A stretch of DNA of 63,936 bases, filler included, from Conidiobolus incongruus B7586 (lineage: Eukaryota), in the NCBI GenBank assembly GCA_000697335.1. It is 8 parts of 8 records of this genome, joined end to end, with 100 filler letters (N's around TTAATTAATTAA, not from the genome) between each part and the next. Parts side by side here need not be neighbours in the genome. Positions count along the whole stretch, not along the records: positions 12,591 to 23,816 come from JNEM01006274.1; positions 23,917 to 28,930 come from JNEM01006276.1; 6 more parts are not named here. One strand, 5' to 3'. Below, one piece after another: positions 12,591 to 27,429 of the stretch. Each line of letters opens with the position of its first letter. Position 1 is the stretch's first letter. Both the position numbers and the translations under genes were made by a program. The notes beneath the pieces were generated by a model, which was given only the letters and a program-made list of their open reading frames with translations, was not told the DNA's origin and made no database searches.

Positions 12591-14269
12591 ATTTTTAAAT
12601 TATAATATTATATCAAAAAATAATATATATTTAAAATATTAATAAAAATTTATAACCTTGGATTAACTTGGGTATTTTTTATATGGATTTCAAAATATAA
12701 ATTAATTATTAATCATATAGTTTAATTAATTAAATATTTTAATGCTAAGTTAAATAATCACTATTATTTTATCTCTCAAGAGCTTTTTGATAGCTTTATC
12801 TCTTTATTTTCCCCAATTTTTAAAATATTACAATTATTCAATAAAGTTAAGTTTATTCAGCATATCATTATAAAAGTTTTCTTAAGAATATAATTAAGTA
12901 ATAATTGATCAAAATCAAATTCCATGTATATAAAACAAGAATTAAAAACTTTATCAATTTGAATATCTAAAGAAAATAATGAAATTAAGATCATTCTATC
13001 ACTATATATATATATATTATGAATTTAAAATTAAAATATTGAAACTTTCAATTTGAGGTGTTTATTTGTTTGAGAGATAATATCATTTATAAAATTTGTT
13101 CAACTACCCTGGATTGTTAACTAAATGTCCAATAAGGAAAAATATCAGTTTAAATACTAATATTGTATATAATTATGAATTAGGATGTTCAAGATAAAAT
13201 TAGAATTAAAATAATACAGGCACTGAGACATTATACTGTTTTAAACAATTAAACCGTGGGTTAATTAATACAAAAGAAATATTTAAATATGCTGATTGAA
13301 GAATGAATGCTTGTTATGACAGCTGCTAGCGATACAGAACATGAAAATACTTATCAATTCTAATTAACCAACCAGTTCTATTTGTCTAAGAAAATCACAT
13401 TATTTTTGACTATGTGGCAAATTCATTATATTTCTTATTATTTTCGCAATTCAAATGTATTTGATATTGGGAGATTTTGATATAATCACAGTTTACAGAG
13501 AAAAAGATTGCAGCCTTCATTTATTGAGCATAGAACTTGTGAGCATATTATATGCAATTCATAGAAGTTGGTGTTAAATATTGTATAAGCATTGGAATAA
13601 ATTTATCTTTAACGGAACAAAGAGTTGCTTTGGTATTATTGTGACAAAAATTCGTAATTTGCATTAACTCTAATAAACTTGATTATGAAGTTTGAGATTA
13701 GCTACTGATGGAATGTTTCAACCAAAGGATCTCAAATTAAATATAAGAACTAAAATGGAATTGAAATAATATTTCTAATATATATTAACCAATTAATAAA
13801 ATTCTTTTAAATGTTAACATGAATATTAAGAACAATGAAAAATTATTACAAAGGAAATTTATTTAATTTGAAATAATCAAAGGATTGTCTTATGCATAAA
13901 TTATGTATTACATTAAAATTTTGCCAAAGAGCAATTATTGTGCATATACACACCAATACTAATAAATCAATTTCTTCAGCTTTTATTAATGGAATCGGCA
14001 ATAAACAGGTTTAAAGGACTGTATTAAATCAGGTTTTATATGCATTTAACATATTTATACAATAAGTGATTGTAAATTCATTTTTTATTGAAATAATGAA
14101 AAAGTGATTTGTGTAATATTTATAATCAAATATTGTAAATATTAAATAAAAATTATTTTTAATTAAAATGAATTATAATATGAACTAATGATTAATTACA
14201 AATTTTGGGAAACTAAATTATTAAAGGGCATTTGGATCTGGTTAGTGATATAATTTGGAAATTGACATA

Positions 14270-17102
14270 TTATGACATATTATTGAGCCAACTTTCGACT
14301 TTGCAATCATATTCGCTATCAATTAGATGTTCAATGCCACGGATCCAGTCCTGGACAATGATTTTGCAGTCGCCACTCAAGGGATCTTTGGATGCACCAC
14401 CATAGCCATTGGGTGGAGATGGCGCTAATCCAACAGTACTACTACTCTTGAGTGTGAAGAATTTGGACTTGTCTTTAGTTGATTTAAGAGTAGAAAACTT
14501 GGAATGTTCAGCTTCATCAACTCCAAACTTTTTACCAAGGGTTTTACTTAGATTTCCACTAGGATTGACACTTGATAGCTTAGCATAGCTTCGAATCATC
14601 AGCTGCAAAATGTATACCCAACTTGCAAGGTCCTTTTCATGGGAACATTTCAACACATAGCGCCTGCTAGTCGTGTTTAACACGAAACAGTCGGGATGGC
14701 GAACGCCTTTTCTGGTGAGTAAGCTCACATCTAAGATCTCGTCAATTCGAATGATCCACTTGGGTTTCTGATAATGCTGCACAAGAGAGCTCTTAGGAAG
14801 GGGGGTGGCAACGAGTGGGTGATTAAGATGTGGAGTCAGTGGTTGTCCAGGCTGGAAATAAGATTTCCAGTTTTCATTGATGTAGTCAGGGTCTTCCAGG
14901 TTGACTAGATCTCCAGCGGTGATTGGAATTAATTCAGGATTGAGACAGATCAAATTCAAGCCATCAAATCGAAATTCACGTTGTTGCCACTGGCGATTTC
15001 TGCCTAATTTGCTCAGATGACCAATAATGATGGGAGTTGTCTTTTGCCAAATAGCAAAGTTATTTCTATGTGGATTTACATGGAAATAGTTGGGCTGAGG
15101 TTTGGTGGGAGAGTAATTCATTAAGGTCTCAAATATAATCTTTGAGTCGACTTTGCCAGAAGATTTTTGTTTAGAATGAGTGATGGAAGAATTAATGTCG
15201 GATGGGGGAGAATTATCCCATAATGAAGACATAAATAAGCTGACACTGTTGGGATCATCAAAATTTAGTTGTGTGGATGGACAAACAGTTAAATCAGACT
15301 GAGGAGTTTGAGAGCGAGATTGTAAAGTAGATGGTGAATCTGTGACCAATGATGAAGCATTGGATGAAATGAGATCATGGGATGAAGCGGAGAATGGGAA
15401 AATGGAGTCGGTTGATGATGGAGTTGAAGGAGGTGAGTCAGAATAAGAAGTGGTTGCAGTAGTCAATGAAGGAGAGCTGTGATTAAATAAGTGCGATAAG
15501 TGGGATACGTCTGAAAAATCAAGCGTTGTTGAGGGACATGAGAAATAGGACTCGTCTTGCTGAGATGTTTGAATAGGTGGAGGTGTGGTAGTAAAGGTGG
15601 AATTGTTATTGGCTGTAGAATTGGAATTGACATTTTTGCCGGTTTTTTGGAAGGAAGTGGAGTTTGTACCACTGGATTGTGAAGAATTGCTTGAACTGAA
15701 AAATGAACTAGAGCCAAACCAATCCTTAAGCAAATCGTCTGCTTCAGTCGACTGGTATGATGACTTTGTAGCACTATCGAATGTTGCAGAGCGCTTGTTT
15801 GCGGTATCTTTTGTATTGAGCTTCTGAACTGAGCTCATTGTATTGGTCTTGACAAGCTTTTCTTTTTTGGGCTTAGAAACAGGAACCAATGAATTTGATT
15901 TATCATCCAATTTTGGAGTAGCATCAGGATTATGAGGTAAAGGAGGCAAACTTAATTTAATTGGATTAGGGTTATCAAGTGTACCGGGTTTGCTACTGTG
16001 AAAATGAATTAATATGAATCATACTAAATAATGCTATGACTTACCTCAGGGTAGATGGTGATATTCTAGAATGATTTTTGATGAGTTTGGGTCGATTAAG
16101 TATAAGAGGCTTAGATGTTTCTGGAGATTGGTTTTCTTCAGAGCCTTTTTCTGTAGAATCATCGTTCTCAGTAGAATCAGTGGGTTCTGACTGAGATTCA
16201 GATTCGGAATTTTCATTGGTTGGTTTTCTGGATCGGTAGCCTCTCTTTTGATGAGTAGGAAATACATTTTGAGGGTTGGGCGAGTTATTCGAAGCAGCGG
16301 GAGAAGGAGCAATGGCATTCCTTTGTTTTTTCTTGAGAGTCATGAAACTTAACAATGGTTGATTTGGATTGCCTTCGCCCTTTGTATATATTGGGTCCAA
16401 GCGTATTGGCTCCATAGTTAATGGATTGACTACTAGTTTTACATTGGTTAATCGATTCAAAAATCCATAGTTGGTGATGCGTTCTCCTTTCATATATCTT
16501 TGTACAAGCTTAAAACGAATGTCTAATTCCATTAAAGTAAACTTGCGAGGAAATTTACGGGTAAATTGAGGTGGGCGATGATGTATAGCATTTTGCCTTT
16601 GATTGGTACGGATTTTATAAAGCTCAGCTGTAGGTTCTTCTGCTACAACATCAGAAACATTATGGACAAATTTATCATCAGTAATTGGTAAGGTCGGAGG
16701 TGGTGGTGGGGGTGTGGGTGTAGATACAGAGTTAAAAAATGGCTGAGTCCAATTGGTTTGTGATTTTGAAGATAAATATTTGGAAAGAGTAGGCTGACTA
16801 ATATATGGTCCGTCGGTGATATTTGACACTAAAAGATGTTCAATATCATAAGTGGCATTACCTCCACTACGGAATAAATGGTTGATTGGGAGGTTATCTT
16901 CTCTATTTTCTGCAGATGGAGTTTTTTGGTGATTTTTTCTTTGGTAGGCTATGGGTGGTGGTGATATTTTATGATTTTGGGGAACTTTATGATTTCTATG
17001 AAGGGAAGATTTAATTTTTTCTTCATTACGGAGTGGAGAAGGGCGAGTAGGTATATTTCGAGAAGTGGTAGACAAATCTGGATTTTGTTGAACGGATAAC
17101 AT
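14270..17102 (-). CDS. Ser/Pro-rich protein (about 930 aa, 2 exons) with a C-terminal PH-like domain
   Basis: ORFs 16041-17102 and 14270-15949 join in frame through an intron with donor GTAAGT at 16044 and acceptor CAG at 15996. The C-terminus has GHLSKLGRNRQWQQREFRFDG ... CFVLNTTSRRYVLKCSHEKDLASWVYILQ (PH strands and terminal helix with W). Confidence 0.8.
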
Positions 17103-20100
17103 AAGCTCTGCGAATTGAGAGAGATGCGAAAAGAAAAAAAAATTAATTAATTAATATGATGAATAGATGAAGAAGATTGAAATCAAATTAACACTCGGGT
17201 TGAACTAAAAGATCAAATTAAAACAACTAGATCTATAGAATTCTTGGGTGTTATTGAGCAAATGACAGTTAGAATGTTAGAGGGTTTATGATTCTATAAA
17301 GAGAGGATCAGGTAGAAAATGATTTGGAGTGTAAATAATAAACTAGATTAAACTATATCTCTAACTCAATAATTCTCACAAGTTATCAATTGGATTAATG
17401 TTTGAGAATTTTAGCAGTAAGCTAGTGCTTTGAAATGTTCAATATAACTAAGCACGAAAGATAAAATAGAATTGAGAAGGTTCTAGGAATTAATTAAAGA
17501 GAGAGGAGAGCAAACCGAATGAAATGGAAGTGGCATGTATTTATGTATTAATTGGCAAGCTTTGTTAAATATAAATTCCCCCCTTCCCCCTTTTAGAAAA
17601 CTCCTCAACTGATAATGAGTTACAAATGTATTCCGAGAAATTTCATGATACTCATTACGCCTATTAATATTTCAAAATATTAGGTTATACAACACAATTA
17701 CATCGCTGAAAGCTTTGATATGATTGGACAGTCTTCTTAAACAGAACTGCAATTTGTCCAAAATTAGTTAAATCAGATTTTTGAGGCATTAAATAAAGTT
17801 TAGACATTCGTAAATTACAGTAGTGTTTTGATATGCATCTCCAAATCGCCGTTAGCTTCAAATTAGTCACTTATTTTAATTGTTTATTTTGATCTATTTC
17901 TGAATTGAGCAGTGTTAATATCCTTTTCTTTAGCTTCAAGTCTAATTACTCCAACACAGGAGATGATTGGCCCATCAATCTTTTAAAATAATACAAGGGA
18001 TCAATCCATTCCATATACATCTTTTAACCCCACTCTTAAAGCCACAAATCTCCAAAATGCAATCTCCAACTTCTTACTCAACTCACCTCGAACCTCCTCC
18101 TTTATATTAAATTCATTACAGCCAAAATCATAAATCAACTAATATAATTATGCAAATAAAAAAGCTATTTAAATTAAAATAATTAAACAATAATATATTA
18201 TTTAAACCAAACTAAAAATCAACGGAAATATATTTCAATAATATATGTAGTAATGATTTTGATGATAGCATTATAATATGAAATATAACAGTATTAGAAT
18301 TGACATTCAACCAGCTTATATTTCATTCAATACTTTGCATTAATTTTGTTAATTGTGATTCAGGTTTATATAAATTTCAAGTATAAAAATAAAATAGTAT
18401 ACAATTCAAATGAAAATTATATTTAATACATTGATACTATTTGTAAATTTATGATATTTTATTATTTTGCAATCGAGATTATTTACATCCGATATTGGAT
18501 TGTTTTACTTGATATACATCATTGATTTTTCAACATTTGGGGTTTGGATTATTAAAGTTTTCATTTTAATAATATCTCATTATTTTCAATTTGTATTCTT
18601 AATTTTCACAAAAAATATGTGAATCCAGTAAAATTATTTGAGAACAAGAAGCTAATATATAGACAATCTAATACAAGTAAAAACTATCTATTAAAATAAT
18701 TAGAAAACTGATATCCACAATTAAATTTTTCAAGCTTTGATTAAATTCAAGTTCATAATAACGTGACATAAATATACATATTAAATCAAGTTTTATTCTA
18801 GTATATAAAAACTGTATTTAATTGTTAAACTAATAATGAATCTCAATATTTTTTATTGTTTAAATATCCATATATTATTTATCTACAATGAAAACCGTGT
18901 TAATCCTAAATCATTCTGATTTATTTCATAGTCATCCTTATCAAGAATTTTGCTTTATTATTTTTGATATTAATATTTATTTGAGATTTTGAGTTAATTA
19001 GTAATGCCCAAATTTTATATAAATTTGATATAATTAGTCTTTTCAATAGAATTTTTAATATTATTTTTAAAGCTAATTTTAAGTAATATTTAGTTGTTTT
19101 CAGACAGTTATATAATTTTGATTATATCAATACCTAGTATATATACTGGCGTTATCTAATTACAATATATTGTTGATGATTATAACTTTCAGCTTTAAAA
19201 ATGATACAAATAAAATTTGTAAGTACATCGTATATAATTTTGTTTTAATATATTTACCCAAACATGAATGCCAGTGTCTTTAAAGGTTTTAATTGGTATG
19301 ATTGTTTTTTCATTTTGTTATTTTCCATTTCTTTAATAAAATTACTGGATCTTTGACTCAAAGTAAATTATATCTGTTAATAACTATATTATTTACATAT
19401 TTAAATTTTTTTTAAAATATATTTTTTAACGGTAAAAGATATATTATTTTGATTTAAAAAAATTATTTATCTACACCTTGAAATAACAACTCCAAATCAA
19501 TGCATGAATAAATTTAAATTATCGGTCAAGTCCTGATTAAAAATTAAATTCGCAAACTTTATTCAAATATTAAAATTTTAGAAAAGAATTAGTCTAATAT
19601 ATAGTATTTTTGATTTTAAATTAATGATTAATTACGTGATGATATAATTATCAATTATATAAATATAAATTTAAAATTGTAAAAAATATAACTTCCAGCC
19701 TTTAAACATTATTACTCAACTTAATTCTTGATGATTATATTTTTAGTTTAATATATATAAAAATCCAAATATTTCCCTTATAGTGCCTTTAAGCTTTTAA
19801 AATCATAGAACAGTATTTATTACTTGGATTTGTTAAAATATTATTATGAATACTATCTTAGTTGTTAAAAAATATATAATTCAATAATAAAGAAATAAAA
19901 CTTAATTAAATTAGATATAGTTTATTAATTATATAAATAATTCGATGAACCTTTGATCCAATATAAAAAGTAGGTTGATATTTATATTACTCAAAATTTA
20001 AAATTTTTTTGTATCATTGATTAAATAGCAACTATATACAGCTACTGATATATTCATGTTTAAAAAAATCTTAATATATCAAATTTGTCATATACTTATT

Positions 20101-21019
20101 TAATATTTCCAAGGATTGTATCACGATCACTTTATTATAATGATATATTTATTTAATATATATTGATATATCGAAAAAATACATACAATAGTCTTATGCC
20201 AAATAAATATTAAAAATATTGCTTTTAGATTTTACATTCATCTTTTATAACTCTTTAATAATATATCATGAATTTTTGCTTTTTTAAATTTATTCATATT
20301 TTAACAGAATATGGTATTTCTGCTTTATGGATCAAATTTCTAATCTTGGAATTTTGATAATTTACCAAATTCTTGGTATAATTTTTTTATTAATACTCTT
20401 TACTTTTTATATATTAAATTATTATCAATCAAAATAATTTATATATATATAATCATTTTAAAACATTTTTATATAATAACAATGAATGAGGTATCCAATG
20501 ATATATTATGTAATGAAATACATTGAAATATTTTTTATATAACCAATCATAAAAAACATATTTCTGGTTACTCTATCACTTTCCCAATTCTATCTGATAT
20601 ATTTTTTAAAAATTAAGTTCATTGATGATTCAAATTTTTATAGTGCATAATAATTATAAATCAATTGCAAATTTTAGTTCAAATAATATGCAAATTTTTG
20701 ACAACAATTTGTATTTGTTGTTTTGAGTTGATATATATTATGAAATCTATAAATACCCATAATATTTAAAATAATCTTTTTAAAAAGTTTAAAAACTATA
20801 TAGTTTATTATTTTAAATAAAATTGGTTTTGAGTCTTAGTTTCTTAGTGAAGGTCTAATATCTCTTAAAATTATAAATTGATATCCTTTATTCTATTTCA
20901 TTTTGTAGAGATTCTGAGATCAAGTTTAGAAATTGAAAAACTTATACAATGGTAAATGGTATAGTTAAATAATTAATTAAATATTTTCAAATTAAAATAG
21001 TTAATATTGTGTGTTATTA

Positions 21020-21028
21020 ATATATATA

Positions 21029-21095
<67 letters not shown>
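21020..21095. repeat. (TA)n followed by (ATT)n microsatellite
   Basis: Seen directly. Confidence 0.95.
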
Positions 21096-21596
21096 TAATT
21101 CTGTTTTCAAACTTAGAACTGACTGCTTAACCTTTGGAGATCATATTGTTATTTAAAATTAAATTGAAAGTGAATAAAGAAAAAATTTTTATATTGTGTT
21201 AAATATTACAAAAATAATAATTTTATTTGATAATGATATTTAATGACAAAAAATATGTATATCAAATTTTTTAAATTTTAATAATGCTATATTATTTTGG
21301 ATTGATTTAATTGTACATATATTTTAACAACATTATATAATGAAATACAATTTTGAGAAAATTATTGAGTTTAGCCAATCAAAGTGAAGGGATATTGAAT
21401 AAATTTTAAGCTTGATGAATGAAATGAAAACTTGTGATTGGATATATAAAGTAAAAAGTTGAAGTGACATACTAAGTTGTCATAACATTGATTGAATTAA
21501 ATCCTTTAATTGTTCAACTCTTTGATCATTTTACATTATTAAACATCAATCAATACATTAATAAATCTTTTTGATCATAAGAGTTAATTTTTAAAA

Positions 21597-23095
21597 ATGC
21601 AATTACAAGACGCCAACGATAAGAATGTTGAATTATGGAAGATTAAGAAGTTAATTAAAACTTTACAATCAGCCCGTGGGTATGTTTAATTTATTATCAA
21701 TAATATAAAAAAAGAGCTTAATTCACTAATCATATACTAGTAACGGTACTTCTATGATTTCTTTGATTATTCCTCCCAAAGATCAAATTTCTCGAGTCTC
21801 TAAAATGTTGGCTGAAGAATATGGTACTGCATCCAATATCAAGTCTCGTGTTAATCGTCTTTCTGTTCAATCTGCTATTACTTCCACTCAGCAAAGATTG
21901 AAGCTTTATAACAAGGGTAATATTTGAGATTGAATCAAAGCTTCAATATTCAATACTAATTTATGTGATTTATAGTTCCTGAAAATGGTTTAGTCGTTTA
22001 CTGTGGTACCGTTATCAATGAAGAAGGCAAAGAAAAGAAAATGAACATTGATTTTGAACCTTTCAAACCCATCAATACTTCTTTATATTTATGTGACAAC
22101 AAATTCCATACTGAGGCCTTATCCGAATTACTTGAATCCGATTCTAAATTCGGTTTCATTGTTATGGACGGTAACGGTACTTTGTTTGGTACTTTATCTG
22201 GAAATACTAGAGAGGTAATTCATAAAATTACTGTAGATTTACCCAAAAAGCACGGTAAGTTTTTCATCTTATTTCTTATTCAAACTTCGTTCTTATTTAT
22301 TAATTTTTCAAAAGCTAACATATTTAAATTTGAAATATAGGTCGAGGTGGTCAGTCCGCTGTACGTTTCTCCCGTTTAAGAGAAGAAAAGAGACACAATT
22401 ACGTTTCTAAAGTCGCTGAGTTGGCTACTCAATTCTTCATTACCGACGATGCTCCTAATGTTTCTGGTCTTATTCTTGCTGGTTCAGCCGATTTTAAGAC
22501 TGTTTTAGGACAATCTAGCATGTTTGATGCTCGTCTTCAGCCCAAGGTTTTAAAGGTTGTTGATGTTTCTTATGGTGGCGAAAACGGTTTCAATCAAGCT
22601 ATTGAACTTTCCGCTGAAGTATTGTCCAATGTTAAATTTATTCAAGAAAAGAACTTGATCACCAAATACTTTGACCAAATTTCTCAAGAAACTGGTAAAT
22701 ACTGCTTCGGTATTGATGATACTTTGAAGGCTTTAGACATGGGCGCTGTTGAAACTCTTATTGTTTGGGAAAATTTGGAAATTAACCGCTATGTTGTCAA
22801 GACCTCTTCCGGAGCTGAAGATGTCTTGCACTTGAACAAAGAACAAGAAAAGAACCGCGACTTTTTCCTTGACAAGGAAACTGGCCAAGAGATGGAAGTT
22901 GTCGAGTGCAAGTCCTTATTAGAATGGTTTGCTGAAAACTATCGTCAATTTGGTGCTACTCTAGAATTCGTCACTAACCGTTCCTCTGAAGGTGCTCAAT
23001 TTGTCAAGGGCTTTGGTGGTATTGGTGGTTTGTTAAGATACAAGGTTGACTTTGATGCTATGCTTTACGATTCTGACGAATATTTTTCAGACTAA
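21597..23095 (+). CDS. SUP45: Eukaryotic peptide chain release factor 1, 4 exons
   Basis: Introns at 21680-21740, 21917-21975 and 22255-22340. The spliced protein has GTS, TASNIKS, YLCDNKF, GRGGQS and [11 protein letters not shown]. Confidence 0.97.
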
Positions 23096-24235
23096 ACAGA
23101 TTAGTCATAAAATTTTCATGTTTAATAGATTTAGGTCTCATTTTTAATAGTTTATATATTATCTTTTTATTTGAATTTATTTTTAAAATTTTGAGTATGT
23201 ATTATTTGATTTCATCAGTAAATTCATTATTATATAAACAGAAATTAATTATCATATATAGTGAATATAAACATATTTAATTTTATAATTTCATATTACG
23301 AAATAATAACAAGTTTCATTCGATTAATTAATTTTTAAAATATTTTCTAATGAATTTATCATAATATTTTAATATATCATTTATGAAATTAAATTTCAAT
23401 ATAAACTGATCATGATATAATATATTTTCTTTAAAACTCATATTGAATTATATATCAGTCAACAATAATCCAAGATACATATATATTTATTTTAACCAAA
23501 ATAATTTAATCACCTTTAAATTGATTTTAGTTAAAATTATTATTTGAGTATTTATATCATAATAAATTCATAGCTCTAAATGAAATTAAAAATTTATATA
23601 ACTATGTTATAATAATATAAGAAATAGATAATTCAATGTTTATTCAATTTATTGGAAAAATTATAAAAAAAATCTATATAAAAATAAATAGTGTTTTAAT
23701 TATTTTTTTTATATTTTATATTTATTTATTTAAATATTTTAAATTAAAAAATTTAATAATAAATGATTTTAAAATTATATTTCTTAATAATCAATATATT
23801 ATAAATAATTATTTGANNNNNNNNNNNNNNNNNNNNNNNNNNNNNNNNNNNNNNNNNNNNTTAATTAATTAANNNNNNNNNNNNNNNNNNNNNNNNNNNN
23901 NNNNNNNNNNNNNNNNAATATTACTTACCAGAAAAAGTTTATAATTTAAACATTTTATTATCACAATAATTTCTAATTAATTGTGTTAAAAATGTTATAA
24001 TTTTGCTCAATCATAGGTTTTATTAAAATATTGCTCAAATTAGGGATCTTTATTATCAATTAATCAAGTTATTGTGTTGAAATAAAAGTGAATATATTAT
24101 TATACAAATTAATCGAAAAATTGGCTTGAATTTGGATATAAGTTTTGTTATATACTTTTTTAATGCTGTTTCCATGTTAAATAAATTTTTAAGTCTTCAT
24201 AATATATTGGGTTCTACTTATTGCTAGTAGGATAT

Positions 24236-24523
24236 TATTGATAGATAAGGGAGCGGTTTGCTCGAGATTTTTTTGGTAGCTTAAGGTACTTTATTAGGGT
24301 TTAATGGGCTTCATAGAAGGCTGGAAGTGATAATAAAAATATATTTCGATAATGATTGTTTAATAGACTACACATTGATCGTATTTAGTGTAAAGAAGTA
24401 TATTAGGTCTTGAGAAAAATGAGACCTTAAAATGATGTGATGGGTATTCTGGGGTTATATTTCCATAAGGTAACAGATGACCAGATGAAGTTTGTCGCGC
24501 GGGTTACCATCTGGGTAACCACA
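24236..24523 (-). mobile_element. Solo LTR-like element, family A copy 2
   Basis: Inverted, diverged copy of 9220-9524. Starts TGTGGTTAC on the minus strand; flanked by ATAT at 24232-24235 and 24524-24527. Confidence 0.7.
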
Positions 24524-25352
24524 ATATCATTCTTTAATTAAATTTTCAATAAATATTGAAAAATTCAAAATTATTGCGAGAGTGTGTTTTGAAGAGGTAT
24601 TGGTTTTTACTGATTCTTTTGTTACGATATAGTATAATATAATTATATTAGAAAAAGCTTAAACTAAGCGGACATGTTTGTAGTGGAGGCATTTGTTCAA
24701 ATACAATCTTGTTAGATTTAATATTCAATATTTTTAAATATTTTTGTTTAAAATTCTTTTTATTATCAAATTAAACCAAAATTAATCAAAAAATGTATCA
24801 ATGGTATATCAAATGTTTATTAATCAATTTTACATACTTTTAATTGGATAAAAGTTGATAATCCTTCTACTCTTTTATATAATTGAGAATATATATAAAA
24901 TTAGTTGATATATTAAATATTGAGTTTTCCAAAAATATATTAATAATAAGATTTGTTAACAATCAATACATTTTATATCAGCGTTAAGAATTGAAAATAA
25001 TATATTTGTACAATCTTGATTTTGGTCAATTTAATCACACTAATTGATTTAATAAAATATAGTTATAAATGAAGATATATATGATCAATACTACTAAATA
25101 TTTAATAAATACTCATCATTAAATTAAAATATTTCAAATATTATAATATTGTGTTATATTAATATTATGATAATCTTAAAATATTTGTAATTAATTTCAA
25201 ATATACTAAAATTGGAAATAATTCATTTTGAAATTATAAATTCATTAATACTATTGAAATAAATTTGATTATTAAGTATATAATAAAGATTTTGTTTAAT
25301 ATAGCTATATCATTATAAAATAAAAAAATTAACAATAATTGAAAGTTCGAAA

Positions 25353-26882
25353 TTAAACTCTTCTAGATACATTAACTCGGAATCTCTTCTCTTCTGGTTT
25401 GTATAAAAATTTGAGGGTAGGAGTAAGTTCACTATCTACCAAATCAAAATTAAAATGTCTAATCAGATTGGATAAGACCAAGTAAATTTCGTTCCAAGCT
25501 AGATCTCTTCCAATACAGGATCTAGGTCCTAAGCCAAATGTAAGTAATTTGGATCGGTTAGTTTCACGATCGTCTCCTAACCAACGATCTAAATTGAATT
25601 CTCTAGGGTTTTTCCAGAATGTAGGATCGTTGTGTTGAGTGTAGATATCTAATGTTATAACAGTCTATAATGGGAAAAATTGATTAGTTAACTTGAATTG
25701 TAATAATAAATAGCAATTTACCTTTGGTGGGAGATAATGGCCATCAATAGTTAAACCGCCTTCAGGAACTACTCTGGGAAGGGCACCAGCAGCAACTGGA
25801 TGCATTCTCATACTTTCCAAAATAGCAGCTCCTAAGTATTTAAGATCATTTTTCGCAGCGTCAACAGAGATGGGTGCATTGAGACTGGGGAAATGTTCCA
25901 AAATTTCATTAGCAACCAATTGATAGAGCTCTGGATGTTTAATCAATTCGTATAAAGTCCAGGTAAGAGTGTTGGCGGTAGTATCCATACCAGCAAACAA
26001 GAGTATTAAACATTCATCAACAATTTCTAAATCTGTCAAAGTAGCACCAGTTTTAGGATCTTTAGCATCGATCAAACTCTGCAAAATATCGTGTTGAACT
26101 TCCTTAGAGTTCTTACGTTGGCGAATGTTTTCAAGAATCATTGGTTTGAACAAAGTTTCCATTGGATATTTGATGCGATTATAAAATGGAATCAAAGATC
26201 TTAAGAACATCATCTTTTGAGTTTTACCGAGTTGGTCAATATAGTATAATCCTTTCTTTTCGTCCCATGTAGTGTTTAATGTTTTACCGAATACTAATTC
26301 ACTGATGACATCCAAAGTATTGCAATGGAAAAGATGGAAGAGATCGAATTCGCGATTGGGTTCTTTATCCATGAAGGAATCAAGGTATTGGACTAAGCTT
26401 TCACTACCAACTCTGTAAATAGTAGGTTCCATAGCACTTAAAGATTTGTTATTGAAAGCTGGTAAAATCAACTTCTTCATACCAACATGAAAATCTCTCT
26501 CAATAGTTGAAAACAAATTGGGTCCATTAATATCAAATACGGAATAAGTTGGAGCTTTTCCATATTTATAAGTAAGATAATTCTTGCGACATGCCATATC
26601 ATTGACAAGAACCATACTACTGGGCAAGAGGACTACTGGGCCATGCTTCTGAGTGAGTTCGAGGCTAGTGGTAGGGTTTCCTGTAGATCTATTATACCAA
26701 TACTTGATATAGTAGGATATCACATTGCTATCAGGAGGTAGATTTCTTAAAGGACCGATATAGAAAGGGTAGATGATTTTTGAGTAAAAGGAATATATAA
26801 TTAAAGAAATTACAATATATCCTAAAGTACTCAAGCATGAAGTTAAAGTAAAGCCGTCTGGTATTATTTTGCTTAAAGACAT
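25353..26882 (-). CDS. Cytochrome P450 monooxygenase, 2 exons
   Basis: N-terminal TM anchor, I-helix AGMDTT and K-helix ESMR. Intron at 25721-25665; exon 2 supplies PREFNLDRW and the heme motif FGLGPRSCIG. Confidence 0.95.
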
Positions 26883-27429
26883 ATTGAATAATAATAAGAT
26901 AATCAATGCTATTAAATTGATTTCTGTACTGTTAATTTATATTCAAATGAACTTCAATTAAATTAATTCAGCTATTGAATTTGTTACCGAATAGAGGAAT
27001 TTTTCGGGCAATTCTAAAATACTAATTTATAATTTTTAAAATCACAATTTTTTAAAAAAAATCATTTTTAGTAAAACTTCGCAATTTGTTTCATTCAAAA
27101 ATTATTGGATTTAAGTTACTAACATTAATTGAGTTCCAATAGTATCAGCAATTCTTATCAATTTCATTATATTATAGTTTTATAAAGTTTAAATTATATT
27201 ATGAATATCATTTTATAACTGGATTTATTTATGAATTTTTAAGTGTATCAAAATATTTATACAAATATTTAAATATAAAATTAAGATGAAAAATATGCTA
27301 TGAATACTATTCAGCAATATCTATTTCATGTATTTATTTTTTATTTGTTTAAATTTGATTTCAGGACAAGAAATATTTTGAATATAGCATACTTGATGAG
27401 TTCAAAATATCCTGAGAATTCTATTATAT

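Noticed and set aside
13100..13760. Coding-like composition (also ~20100-20700, 32400-33000, 55800-57500, 62700-63936)
   Set aside because: The frames I translated were interrupted by stops and I recognised no motif. These may be relics but I cannot support a call.
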